From Orbicella franksi (Eukaryota): a stretch of DNA of 64,000 bases. Below the pieces are notes generated by a model. It saw only the letters and a list, made by a program, of their open reading frames with translations, did no database searches and had not been told where the DNA came from. Both the position numbers and the translations under genes were made by a program. The stretch spans positions 30,938,001 to 31,002,000 of the forward strand of contig OZ116699.1 in NCBI GenBank assembly GCA_964199315.1, given 5' to 3'. Below are positions 23,441 through 34,700 of this stretch, piece after piece (position 1 is the first letter of the stretch; every line of letters starts with the position of its first letter).

Positions 23441-24986
23441 TGCTACGGAATTTGTTACAATTTGTCATGTTAAAATACAAATATGGAAGCAAGGCTGTTA
23501 CTAGGTAGGAAACTTGGAACTAATCCCTGACGCTAACTTAACGCGACAACGACCGCATGATAGATCGAGTGGACCTGCAATGGGCACGATGATGTCAATT
23601 GTTTCACACTGAAAAACGGAGAGGAGTGACTAAACCCAGGCAGGAGCATACGCGCGTGCTCAATGAATTATTAGGTGCTACCGAGTGTGACATCAGGTGA
23701 AGCAGTAACAAAGTCTATTCTTTGTTCACATACAGCTTTCAGCTGAGATCTCGAAACTAAATTACCAGGGCAATACTGCAACGATTTTATCAGTTTAAAT
23801 GCACTTTTATGCGGTATTCGCTTATTACACTGTTTAACAAAGCTGTTGTAATACCTGCTTGCTAATTCTCTATGGTAAGTTTTCCTTGCTTGTTAAGAGC
23901 TTTGGTATTAAAAATGATGGCAAAAGAATTATTCAGTGGGAAAGATTTCTTGGATTTTGAACGAATTAACAAGCACAAACATTTTAAATTTAGTATAGAC
24001 TACGAATATTTCAGTATTCATTTTTTATGGAAAATATTTGACAGCACCAATTAGGAAAAATGTCATTTCACACCTTAATTTACTTTATGCGGCAGGAAGA
24101 AAAACCAGGTTTATCAAAAGCTAGTTAAACGCTCTCATCATTTCCTCAAAATAGGAGAAAAGAAACAAAAAATGGAAGAAAAATGAATTCATTACGAAGA
24201 AAGACAAAAAGCTTCAAATTATGGCAATGAACAAATATAAACAATAAAATGCTAACCAAAAGGTCCACGCAAAAATCAAGGCGTCGCGATTGGGTGAAAT
24301 CAGGTGGAATGTAAGAAAATGCAAATACAAATATTGCCAATTTTACTTGATAGACTTCGTTGCAGTAAAGATAAAACATTTCCAAAGTTAGAGACAGTTG
24401 ACACTTATAGCATCGCCAGTCTAGAAAAAAACAAAACAAAAAGACCCACAAGATATATATAATTAATGATGAAGAGATTCACAGGAAATAAATACAATTT
24501 GGTTGGTAAAATAGTGCCCTACCGTCAACACAACAAGAATTGCACTCTTAAGATAAGAAAACCACAAAGCTACAGGTCCAGATTGTTTGTAAGATCTTTA
24601 AAAGTTTCATTCGTGTTTCCGTAAATGTCTCGATTGTGGTTGATAGAAAATAGATACGGTGACTATTTTATTTTTATTTCACTGCGAAATTGCAAGCTGA
24701 GGGAAGGCATTATTGTAATTGGCAAAAATTACTCACCAGCGGGAATTCTCTGCGAGAAGAGTAAAATAAGCATATCATTTTGTCGTTCTTGTTCAAGGTG
24801 TGGGATGCTGTTGTGTTGTTTGAAACAAACTTGGTCGTATTTTCAGCAATGTAGCAATTCGACTTGTCGCTTCAGCGAAAAGGGCCGTTATTTTTGAGTT
24901 TTTACGCAATAATCCGTGGCTTTTGGAGTCGTCCAAGTCTGTTTACGCTGGAAATTGCGAATTTCCTTCGAGGGAAGGGACCCGCC

Positions 24987-27206
24987 ATGTTACCATCTCT
25001 TGCGCACTTCAAAACAGACAGGAAGAAATTGTTATTGTTGGAAGTACTAGAATTCTTCATAATCCTTCGACAAGGTAGGTTATCGCTTAAAACGAGTATT
25101 TCAACTATTTTAGTTGTTAACACCAGCATATATTGTCTTCAGGAGATTTAGCTTACGAAAGCAAATTTGCAACTGGTATGCATAAAGTAAAGAGTATTTG
25201 TTATCATTGGAAGGAATTAAAAAAAAACAGGTGATCATATTTTAAATTGGAAAACGTAAAAAAAGGTATGGTCGTGTCTAAATTCAATCAGATTGTCTGA
25301 AACTGAAGCAGAGCAGCTGTTTAGTATGCAATTTGCGAGATGAGCGCGACTATGGTATCGAACTGGAAGCTGGGTCGCTTCACGCGTTCCTTCCCTCGTA
25401 TTGGCAAGATTTGCAGTAAAGCGTTTTATGACCTGTACAGAATTCGGCAAATAACGAAATTCCTCAGTCCTGAGACATCCAAAACTCTTGTCCATGCATT
25501 CGTCGCTTGACCATATCTCCTCTCCCTTGTACGGCCTGCAATGGCTTCCTGTGATTTATAGTGTTCGGTTTTTAAAAAACTATTACTTCTTGTTTACAAA
25601 GCTCTTGATAATCAAGCACCTGACTTTATAAAGGACTTTATATAGACTTTACCACAACCTGTCGCTTGCGCACACTCCCAAGACCATAACCTCCTTGCTG
25701 TTCCCAGAACCAAACACAGGACATTCGGTGATCGCGCCTTTGCATACTCTGGACCTTTTCTCTGGAACAAACTTCCTCGTGAAATAAGACTTAGTCCAAC
25801 CCTGACTGTTTTTAAATCAAAGTTAAAAACTTACTTTTGTAAATTAGCGTATAGCATGCCATAGTTTTATAATATGATTTTTAAATTGTATTATTTTTAG
25901 AAACATTTTTCTTATATTTTTACTGCAAAACTAAATCTTACATTGTAAAACGCTTTAGAATATGTTATAATTTTAGCGCTAAATAAATCTATTATCATTA
26001 TCATTATCATTATCATAATTATTCGAGCAATTTTGCCAAACATTTTGTGGCACGCGTAGCAATAAGTTAGTGTGTCACAAGCGAATGTCGGTCGCAGCGA
26101 AATATCGTTTTTTTTATATTTTTGTCGCATTGATTTCTCGCAGTGTATGGAGACGAGGATGTTACATGTGAGCAAAGAACAAACGACGGCAAATGTTGTG
26201 TGCTTCCATTCACATACGAGGGACAAGAGACCTATTTCTGTACCAGAGGAGGTCCGTCCAACTTCCACTGGTGTGCGACAACCGATAACTACGACCGTGA
26301 CGGAGAATGGGGTATTTGCTCTGGTAAACATAAAATCGCTATTTACAGTTTAAAAGTAATTCTAAGTGCAATTTTTCTGCACCTTTGCGAGGCAAGTAGG
26401 GTGAAGTTGAATTCCTTACAGAGTAGGCATTGATTAACTCGGCAAGGTAATAAACGTCCCTTGTGCAATACTTCCTCGCAGCAGCCCCGGAAAGTGAACA
26501 TTTGAGGCATTTTTTTCTTTTGTAGGGAGTGTTACAATAACTTCTCGTCAAGATTGCAAGAGAAGATTACATAGTGAAACAACCAGACGTTTTTCTGCAC
26601 CACAACTTCGTTACACCCGCAAATCACATCCTAGTTTCCTGGCCTATAAGTGTGATCACACCATTTCCAAGAAGAATTTCCATCTACATAAGCATGTGAC
26701 AGCGATTTGTTTCAGGTGCACTAACGGCCATATAGCGTCGCACTAGCTACAGGTGTTGTGTTAAGAGGAGCTATAGTGAGTCGCTCAGTGCCATAGAATT
26801 GAACTAGCCTTGGGGTTTGGAAATTGTCAGACTTATCTACTATAACCCGGTTTTTTTCTGTTGTTGTTTGACTTCCCTAGGTGTGAAATGTTACATCTGC
26901 ACAAGTGGGATCTCATTATCTGACTGTGAATCTCACCAAGAAGCTCACAACTGCCCGTACATGTACGACCAATGTCTGACTCTCAGCAAGGAAAGATTAA
27001 CAAACTCCACCAAACTCTTCCACAAGAAATGCACCTCTAATACACTGTGTACTGCCTACAATCCGACATGTGAGGGGCTGGATGTGATCAAATGTGACTT
27101 TAGTTGTTGTATGGGAGATTACTGCAACACTGGCTCGCGTTGTGTGAAACTTGGGAGTTTTGTTCCGTTGGTTACAGCTGCTTGGGCTTATTACGTGTAC
27201 GATTGA
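24987..27206 (+). CDS. Putative secreted/GPI-anchored protein: signal peptide, fibronectin type II domain and Ly6/uPAR (three-finger) domain, about 197 aa
   Basis: Exons 24987-25074 (gccATG, hydrophobic LLLLEVLEFFIIL, donor G|GTAGGT; least certain exon), 26144-26323 (FN2: GKCCVLPFTYEG..CT..WCATTDNYDRDGEWGIC) and 26881-27206 (KCYIC...CCMGDYCN, then a hydrophobic tail). Both introns are phase 1; total 594 nt in frame. Confidence 0.8.
25390..26020 (+). mobile_element. L2-clade LINE 3' fragment in intron 1 of the FN2-LU gene
   Basis: Broken frames ICSKAFYDLYRIRQI..LVHAFV, LQWLPV, LLVYKAL, FGDRAF..LWNKLP..FKSKLKTYF; (ATTATC)n tail at about 25990-26015. Confidence 0.8.
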
Positions 27207-27247
27207 GCCAGGAACAAGATTGAGACAAATCATATGACGGTTTTTTT

Positions 27248-27477
27248 AGAGCGGTTTCCACTTGATCATGAGTGTCGTAGTAGCCACTCTAGCCAGTCAG
27301 AAATTACACAGAAAATCAAGTGAACCAAACAATGTGAGCGCGCGAATCGTGATTGGTTTTGGTCTTCCTTGTGATTGGTTGAGAAAGTAGCGCTTGATCT
27401 TTTTAAACTAATTGCTAAGCATAGTGAAGCAAAAACAAATGCAAGGTACTTTTGACACTTTACTGAAAACCGCTCCA
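27248..27477. mobile_element. MITE of the TAGAGCGGTTTTCA family
   Basis: TAGAGCGGTTTCCA ... TGAAAACCGCTCCA; related copy at about 28690-28850 (GAGCAGTTTTCAATTGAGTGT / ACACTCAATTGAAAACTGCTC). Confidence 0.6.
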
Positions 27478-27677
27478 TATACCTTTTTCGACTGGGCGGT
27501 TTGTTGCCCCATTTCAGACCATGTGATGATACTCTGGAGAATTCTTCCGTTCAAATTTTCAAATAGTCGTCTGCAAAAGAATAAATAATTTTAAGACGGA
27601 TAAAAGAACAATTTTCTAGAGAATATCGCGTGGTCTATAATGGGAAAACAAACCGCCCAAGCGAAAAAGGTCTATTG
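27478..27677. mobile_element. MITE with about 29 bp imperfect TIRs
   Basis: ACCTTTTTCGACTGGGCGGTTTGTT / AACAAACCGCCCAAGCGAAAAAGGT. Confidence 0.65.
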
Positions 27678-28945
27678 ATCACCAGAGATGGTGTGAGACA
27701 GAATTTAGCATACTGACGAATTCATTTATGGACAAAAGTGTAAGCCGAGAAATAAGTGCAATTTATTAAAGAGCCTACCGCTAGCCATGCTGGGGAATTG
27801 TAAACAAAACAAGGACTAACCCCTTTCAAATTTTGTCATTACCTTGTTACATCATGTAATTTTGGCTCTTAAAGGGCATTTGAAAGCTAATTTATGGCAG
27901 TTAGTTTATTACAAACTATTGACGGTGGTTATATAAAATATAAACTCTTGTTACAACTACATCTAGGAACTTGGCAACTCTAGATGTAGAAAGCAATATC
28001 TTGAAGAAAAGATTTAGCAATGCAAAACCTGTCTCCAGTTCTCCAGGCACTGAGGACTCAATAAACTTTACACAAAACATTAGCTATAAGCTTTAACTCT
28101 AGTATACTTTAAGTCATATACAAAAGTACTATTTATCAAGTTTTGAACTAGGAGTAGCAAACAAGGTAAAAACCAATGAGCAGTGCAAAATGCTAGAAAT
28201 AGTGTCCAGCCATTAGATGTTGAGTTTACAATTTTTCTTACCAGCCAGAGTTCTCTATTTGGTAACAAAATGATGAATACTTGCAATTTATCCGACAGAA
28301 GGTTGTTCTGATTGGGATGACTGTTAAATACATGCACTACAAGCTTTTTTTTTCAACATCAGAAAACTGATTTAAAAAGATGGTGCCTATTTGGTTTCTA
28401 GTTATTGTTTAGTTCCACTGATAGGTGACTGGAAAAGGGAGAATATGAAAAAAGGTGTAGAATTTTTCAATGGTTTCTACCAACTGCAACGAAAGGACCA
28501 CTCCAAGACGTGGTCCTCAATTTCCATGCAATATTCCCAGAAAATTTCTGTTCAGTCATTTACTGGTACTTTCCAACCAAATGTTTTACTTAAATGGTAA
28601 GCACCCAAGGTCAGTGTCTCAAATCCCCTTTCTCATTTGTAATATACATTTGACATCCCTCCCCTGTTTTTTTTTTCTTTCTGTGACATTTGAGCAGTTT
28701 TCAATTGAGTGTCGTAAAACCAAAACCAAACTAATTACTTACCAGTTACACCACTCAGCCAATCTCAAACTGTAGTAAAACAAAGACCAAAACCAATGAC
28801 AGTAATAACCTGTGGTGATTACTTTCAACACTCAATTGAAAACTGCTCTATAAAGAGCTGTGCTCTCACAACCTGTTTAGCTGAATTTGTTACTGATATG
28901 TAACAGAGAAGTTATGAATTAATCAGTCCTGGAAATTGAAAAGTG

Positions 28946-31480
28946 TCATCTTCTCCCTCCTCTAAACACAACAGGCTCAGGTTCATGACCAAAGCTTGAG
29001 TCCAATCTACCTCCATCACCTGTACACCGAAGGAAAAAGACAGTGCATTTATGAAAGACTGTTTCAAAATTAAATGGTGGTTTCAGTTATTATTGATTTG
29101 TGCAGTTTCAAGAAGACTCCATGGTAATCCCAAGAAGGTCATTAGACATTCTGAGCAGGAGGTGGGCAGGGAAGGGGGGGAGGGGGGGGGGGAAGGGGGA
29201 TGTGTGTGTTGGTTGGCTAAGTTTTTGAAGGAAGTAAGACCCTAAACTGGAATTCCCAAAGGAAAGTTCAAGACACAAACCTTCGGTGGGACTGGAATTA
29301 ATATTTTAAGGGTAAAGACATTCAGCATTTCATATCTTCATTTAACAAACATGGCACAACATTTTGAAATACATGTCAGTTACACGATGAAATATGTCCT
29401 TAAAAAGGTGTATTGTGTGTTTTAATGTTTACATTCAGCCTTTCACAAGATAAAGCACACCATTTAACATAAAATTCAGTGTCTTCAGTACCTCTATCTT
29501 GAACATGCAGCAATCCCTCTGGATTTCCTCTTGAATGTATATCTGATCAAAACAATGGAAGTGAAATGACACTATTAAGAGATGCCAGATGCTCCTAACA
29601 TAAGATAACTGCAAAACAAAGATCTGATCAAATGTTGCAGGGCCACTGTGGATCAATGTGTTAAGTCCCTTCCAGAATCACAGGGGACCCTGTGCAGGTT
29701 ATGGTCATGTAGCCTCTTCAACATTGGGTCATTCTGTTTCTTTTTTTCACTTAGCATTGAATGCACTAAATCTTCACGTTATACAGAAGGGAAGAAATCA
29801 TGATTGTAGCAATAAGAAAAACAATTCTTAATATGAACTCTTTCCTGTGAGACTAAATACAAATTTATAATAACAACTTCCCCATGATCGTAGAGATTGA
29901 TATTTAAAACAAACAAACCGACAAAAAAAATTAGTGCTATGTACTTCTTGTCACAGAGGAGTGATATGAGTAAGTATCAAAGTGTCTGGGTATTTAACAA
30001 TGTTCAATGTACATCATCACAGTTACAAGGTAACAGAGCATTGTACTAACCTCTTGAGACAGGCCTTAACAATGACTCATCCTTCAGTCCTCTCAATCTT
30101 CTTCCATCGCTGTGGCCTCCTTGAAGAAAATGAGCTAAAATGCCATACAAAAGTGGCCTACAAGAAAACAGCAATCTTTCTGTAATCTGTGCTTGCAAAA
30201 ATCTAAAAGATTTTGGATAAGGTAAATGGTGTAAACCATGATAGTAAGAGGAATCTGCCAAAACTGAAAGCTGAAGCAGACAATGCACATATCAAGTTGC
30301 TGAAATTTGAAAATTCCATTGATTTACTCTACTGGATCAAATAAATGTTCATGGTTGTGTAATACACTATATTCAGGAAGTCTTAGCTCGAGTAAATCCA
30401 TGTATAGAAATTATAATGTAATCCTCTTACATGGAGGGTGATGTAGAGTCTCGCTCTGTGATGTTAAGCTCTTGAACAAGAAATTGTCTGTCCATTGGTT
30501 CTTTGGGTTGACCTGTCTCTGGGATTACATGTAATACAATGGAAGAACAGGCATTAGGGTGACTGTGTCACAGGGAAATTTGAACAGTGAAGAAATTCAG
30601 TTTTCCATGATATTCAGAACAATCAAAGTCTCTTAACTGGTGGCAGTCTCAGCCTTCAGCTTTGCCTGATAACACCACACCCTTGATTATTCCTCACATT
30701 ACAAAAAACCTCATTCAATATGCTCAATTGTTCTATTTAACATCGATTTCTAGCACATGTAGACATACATAGTCTGACTCATAATCATTATCATTTTCAT
30801 AAAAAAATTGCAATTCGCTAATCAGAAGCCATTCCTTTGTCATGATATCCTGTAATACCAAGACACTGGTCTGATATGGCCAGATTCGTGGCCACATTTA
30901 GGTGTCATGGTAAATAATAAATCATGTTTTGGTGGCATATCAGGCATGGTTGGTCTTGAGTCGACCAAACTCAGTAGTCACCCACTTCATGCATGTATTA
31001 AAGAAAGTTCTACCTGCTAAAAGGACTGACTCCGTGTATTTGTATTTGTTGAATGCCAAGTATTCTCTGATAAGTTCATTGATTAACAAGTTCTCATTGG
31101 AAAGTACAGGTCTTGCTTCTGACTAAAATAATATTGAACAGATTTAACAGAATAGCGTCAGCGTGATTGATTTTAAATTATAAGCTTGAGCTTAACTTGA
31201 CACACAAGGCACACAAGGATACTCAAAACAACAGTAGGTGCAAACTTCGTTTACTTGATCGTCCAAAGCGCCGAAGACTTCTGCACGAACTCGAGCGCGA
31301 ATTTGACCAAGAACTCCTCTGTTTTCTAAGGTTTCTTTTAACACTGATACGAATGCAAAATAAGCAATTCTTACATTTACGTTTAACCAACAAATCAGAG
31401 AAAAGAACTTAATAAGAATGACACATTTAGTGACAATTTGTGTGCAGCGTACCACTTTTCAGCTCGTCCACTGTCGCCAT
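28946..31480 (-). CDS. FOPNL: FOP-related centrosomal protein (LisH domain), about 164 aa
   Basis: Exons 31480-31453 (MATVDELKS), 31343-31255 (LKETLENRGVLGQIRARVRAEVF), 31122-31014 (ENLLINELIREYLAFNKY), 30518-30431, 30157-30051 (PLLYGIL), 29019-28946. Phases are consistent (495 nt). The last exon is the least certain. Confidence 0.88.
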
Positions 31481-31771
31481 TTTGAAAATGGCGGTAGAGT
31501 TGTTTGCGTTTCAGCTGATTCTTTGCGGGCTCATCATCGACAACAGACAACAACTCAAATGACGCGAGGGGAGAGAGAGGTCGTTTATTGGAGCCAGTTC
31601 TAAAAAAGAAAAAGCGATTATGCCTGGCTCGGGAGAATTCATTTCTGTGTTTCATCTCAAGAAATGTATGGAAAAAAACTTCTGTGAATTTTTAGTCAAT
31701 TTACGCATAAAGGTTTACTAGTAATTAAAAAAGATCATTTTGAGACACCGACCGTACCCCGGGACCGTACC
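31481..31771. promoter_or_regulatory. Bidirectional promoter region between FOPNL and the LRMDA-like gene
   Basis: About 290 bp between divergent starts; CpG-rich patch between two CpG-poor gene bodies. Confidence 0.65.
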
Positions 31772-34700
31772 ATGGTAATGTCAAAGGAACTTAGCGCCAG
31801 TCTGGTTCCACTGATGAAGCGCCGGTTCAGCAGTAGACTTACTTGTGGTAAGGTTTGTCGTACCTAATTACTTTATTTCATGCTATGGATTCAGTAACGA
31901 TGGATCCGAACAACCCAGGGAGAATTTCGTTGGCCTATCGAGAGCTCACGGAACTTCCTACAGGATGGAACAGCAAGTATGACGACATCACTGTCCTGGA
32001 TTTAAGCCATAATAATTTCACGTATCCTTTCTGTAGCTTGAGGTTAGACTATGCAGTTGGAACTTGTTGAATGAACACTTAAACTCACGGTTCGTGGTTT
32101 TAATGATGAGTGTCTTACAGATTGATTTGAACAACAACTGGAAGCATTGTTGGACCCCGGCAGAGGGTGGGGAGGGGAATCTTATATGAAAGGTCAGGGA
32201 TGCTCGGGGGAAAATTTGAATAAACCCATACTAGTAAACGAGGGGACTTTTAATTTTTTTATTTACTCGAATTCAATTACACAGTTTGATTTGCCTTCTC
32301 AAAGATATTATTCTAATAAAGATAATATTCTAATATTCTATTATTCATACCTTCCCTGGGGTTGGTCCTGGGTGAGCATGGAAATTTTCAGGGACACACA
32401 CACTCACTCAATCCTTCTCGTTCCCGATGGAACAAAGGTCGTCCACCAACACCCGCCACCTGACCCTATTTTCACACGTGAGCTGTCTCTCCTCCAACTC
32501 TGCCATTCTTGTGCGCCTCTAGGTGTGCTGGGGTCTGCCCCTTTGGCGCTTCCGCTGTGGGTTCCACTCTATCGCCCTCTTGAATTGGCTATGTATCTGT
32601 CTGGTTTCCTCAACATGTGGCCAATCCAACCCCAAGCTCTTTGCCTTATCTCCTGCTCTACTGGTCACTGCCCTGCTTGTCTCCAAAGCTCCTCATTGCA
32701 TATTCTTCCAGGCCACCAAATCCACAGGATGTTCCTCAACCTCTTATTGATGAGCACTGGCAGCTTCTGCTTTAATCCCTTGGTCAGCCACCAAGTTTGA
32801 CAGCCTTCACATTTGACCCAAAGACTCTCAACTTGGTCTAAGCTGTCAGTGCCGTAGACTGCCATATTGTTCTCAACATTGCAAATGTCTTCCTTGCCTT
32901 CCCAACGCGTGCCTGAGACCACACATTGCTACGAATTCTTGCTCATGAATGCATCTGGAGAAATTTCTGGGGCAAAATCTTAATTTTACTTATCATTTGC
33001 TTTATTATCAGGTTGTGCTCAAACTCAGTGTTGTCTACCTTGACCAATGATAAGCGACTTTCATTTTTTACAGGACTTTACCCAACTCAACACATTAATT
33101 CTAGACAATAACAATCTGACAAATCATGTGAAATTTCCATACATGGAGTCTCTACACACACTGTGGGTGAACCAGAATAAAATTACAAATCTGAGTGCTT
33201 TTATTGAGACTGTAGCAAAGTGCTTGCCGAATTTGAAGTACTTCAGCATGATGAACAATGAAGCAGCTCCAAGTTATTTTAATGGAGGTACCTACCAGCA
33301 GTACAAAGACTACAGGTATTGAAAACAATCACAAAATAAGAGACCACAGGGTGGAGGTGGCATGGCTTAGTGGTTAGGACGATGGATTTGTAATCTGTAG
33401 GTCCCAGGTTCACAGCCTCCTACCTGCCACTTGATGGATTTGTGTTTGGTGGTCCCAAGTTCAACTTCAATTCATGCTTTGTAAATAGCCAACTGTTCAG
33501 CCTCCAGCCAGCTTGAATTTTAACATGTTTCTGTTCAATTAACAATGCTTACTTACTTATTTTGGGGTCCCCAATTTGTAAAGTAATGCTAAACGTGTCA
33601 ACATTTAAATAAAGTGGTTTTATTAATATGGGATGTATTCTGTTGTGATGATCCAGATCAGGATCAGTGATTCTAGAACACTTGGATTATGGTGCATCAA
33701 GGGAACTGACAGATTCCTGCCCAGAGTGGATTCACCAGTTTGATGCTATATAATCTGAGGGTTCTTGGATCGTAGACCTGCTTCAGATCATCCCAAAGGA
33801 ATGCACTGAAAATGTTCACAGAAAATTGTCAGATCCAGAGGTTGACCAGTACCAACACTTCGAATGATTAAAACAAACTAATAGCTAAAAGCAGACAGAC
33901 AGAGTATTAGTCTAGATTTAATTTGTGAAACAAAAATTCTTTGAAGGAACTTTAATTTATGTATTTAGATTTATTTCCTTCTGTGTGAGAAGATCAGTGT
34001 ACTGTTTAGATTAATGATTTTACTTCAATGTACTACAGGTATTGAAGCCCCTTATGGTCAGAACCATTGTTATCTTTATCATATATTTCCCTTTTATGTT
34101 TAGGATAATTTTTGTGGACATGTTGAAAATTAATGTTCATGTACAATCTTAACTTGTCTCTCAGTCATGACAGAAGTCAAATGCCAAATTTGAGTCCCTG
34201 TTTTCTAAGCCTGTTAGTAGTTAATGAGATCCAAATATTTAATGAATGATATTCAAATTTGGCATGCTAGTATTTTATGATGCAAGTGATTCTCTTCCTC
34301 ATAATTGACCTCATTCAATTGCATGCACGTATGACCAGACACTGCGGGCTACAGCTGTTAAGTGGCAGGAGACTGGATTTGCAGTTTACATACATGTATG
34401 TACATGTAACACATTTTGGATTCAATGCAGGTGTTATGTTATAAGCCATCTTCCTAGCTTACTGGTGTTGGATGATCATACTATCACTGGAGAAGAGAGA
34501 GAAGAGGCACGCAAAGTGTATGGCAACAGGAGACTTTCTGTTAGTTCTAAGAGGCCCAGTAAAAAACACAAGGAAAAGGTAGATGCATGATCTTTTTTTA
34601 GAATTACAACTGTGATGGTCACATCTTCATTTCATTTGAATCTTCTTTTGTTGTTGTCAATAGCAACCTATAAAAGTGCATTTCATACCTCATCAACATA

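Noticed and set aside
29630-29780. Candidate last exon of FOPNL
   Set aside because: Weak acceptor and no recognisable sequence; 29019-28946 has a better acceptor and correct phase. An alternative exon cannot be excluded without RNA data.
31766-31780. RFX X-box-like GTACCATGGTAAT in the FOPNL/LRMDA promoter
   Set aside because: Three mismatches to the 14 bp consensus, and it overlaps a candidate start codon; too weak to call.
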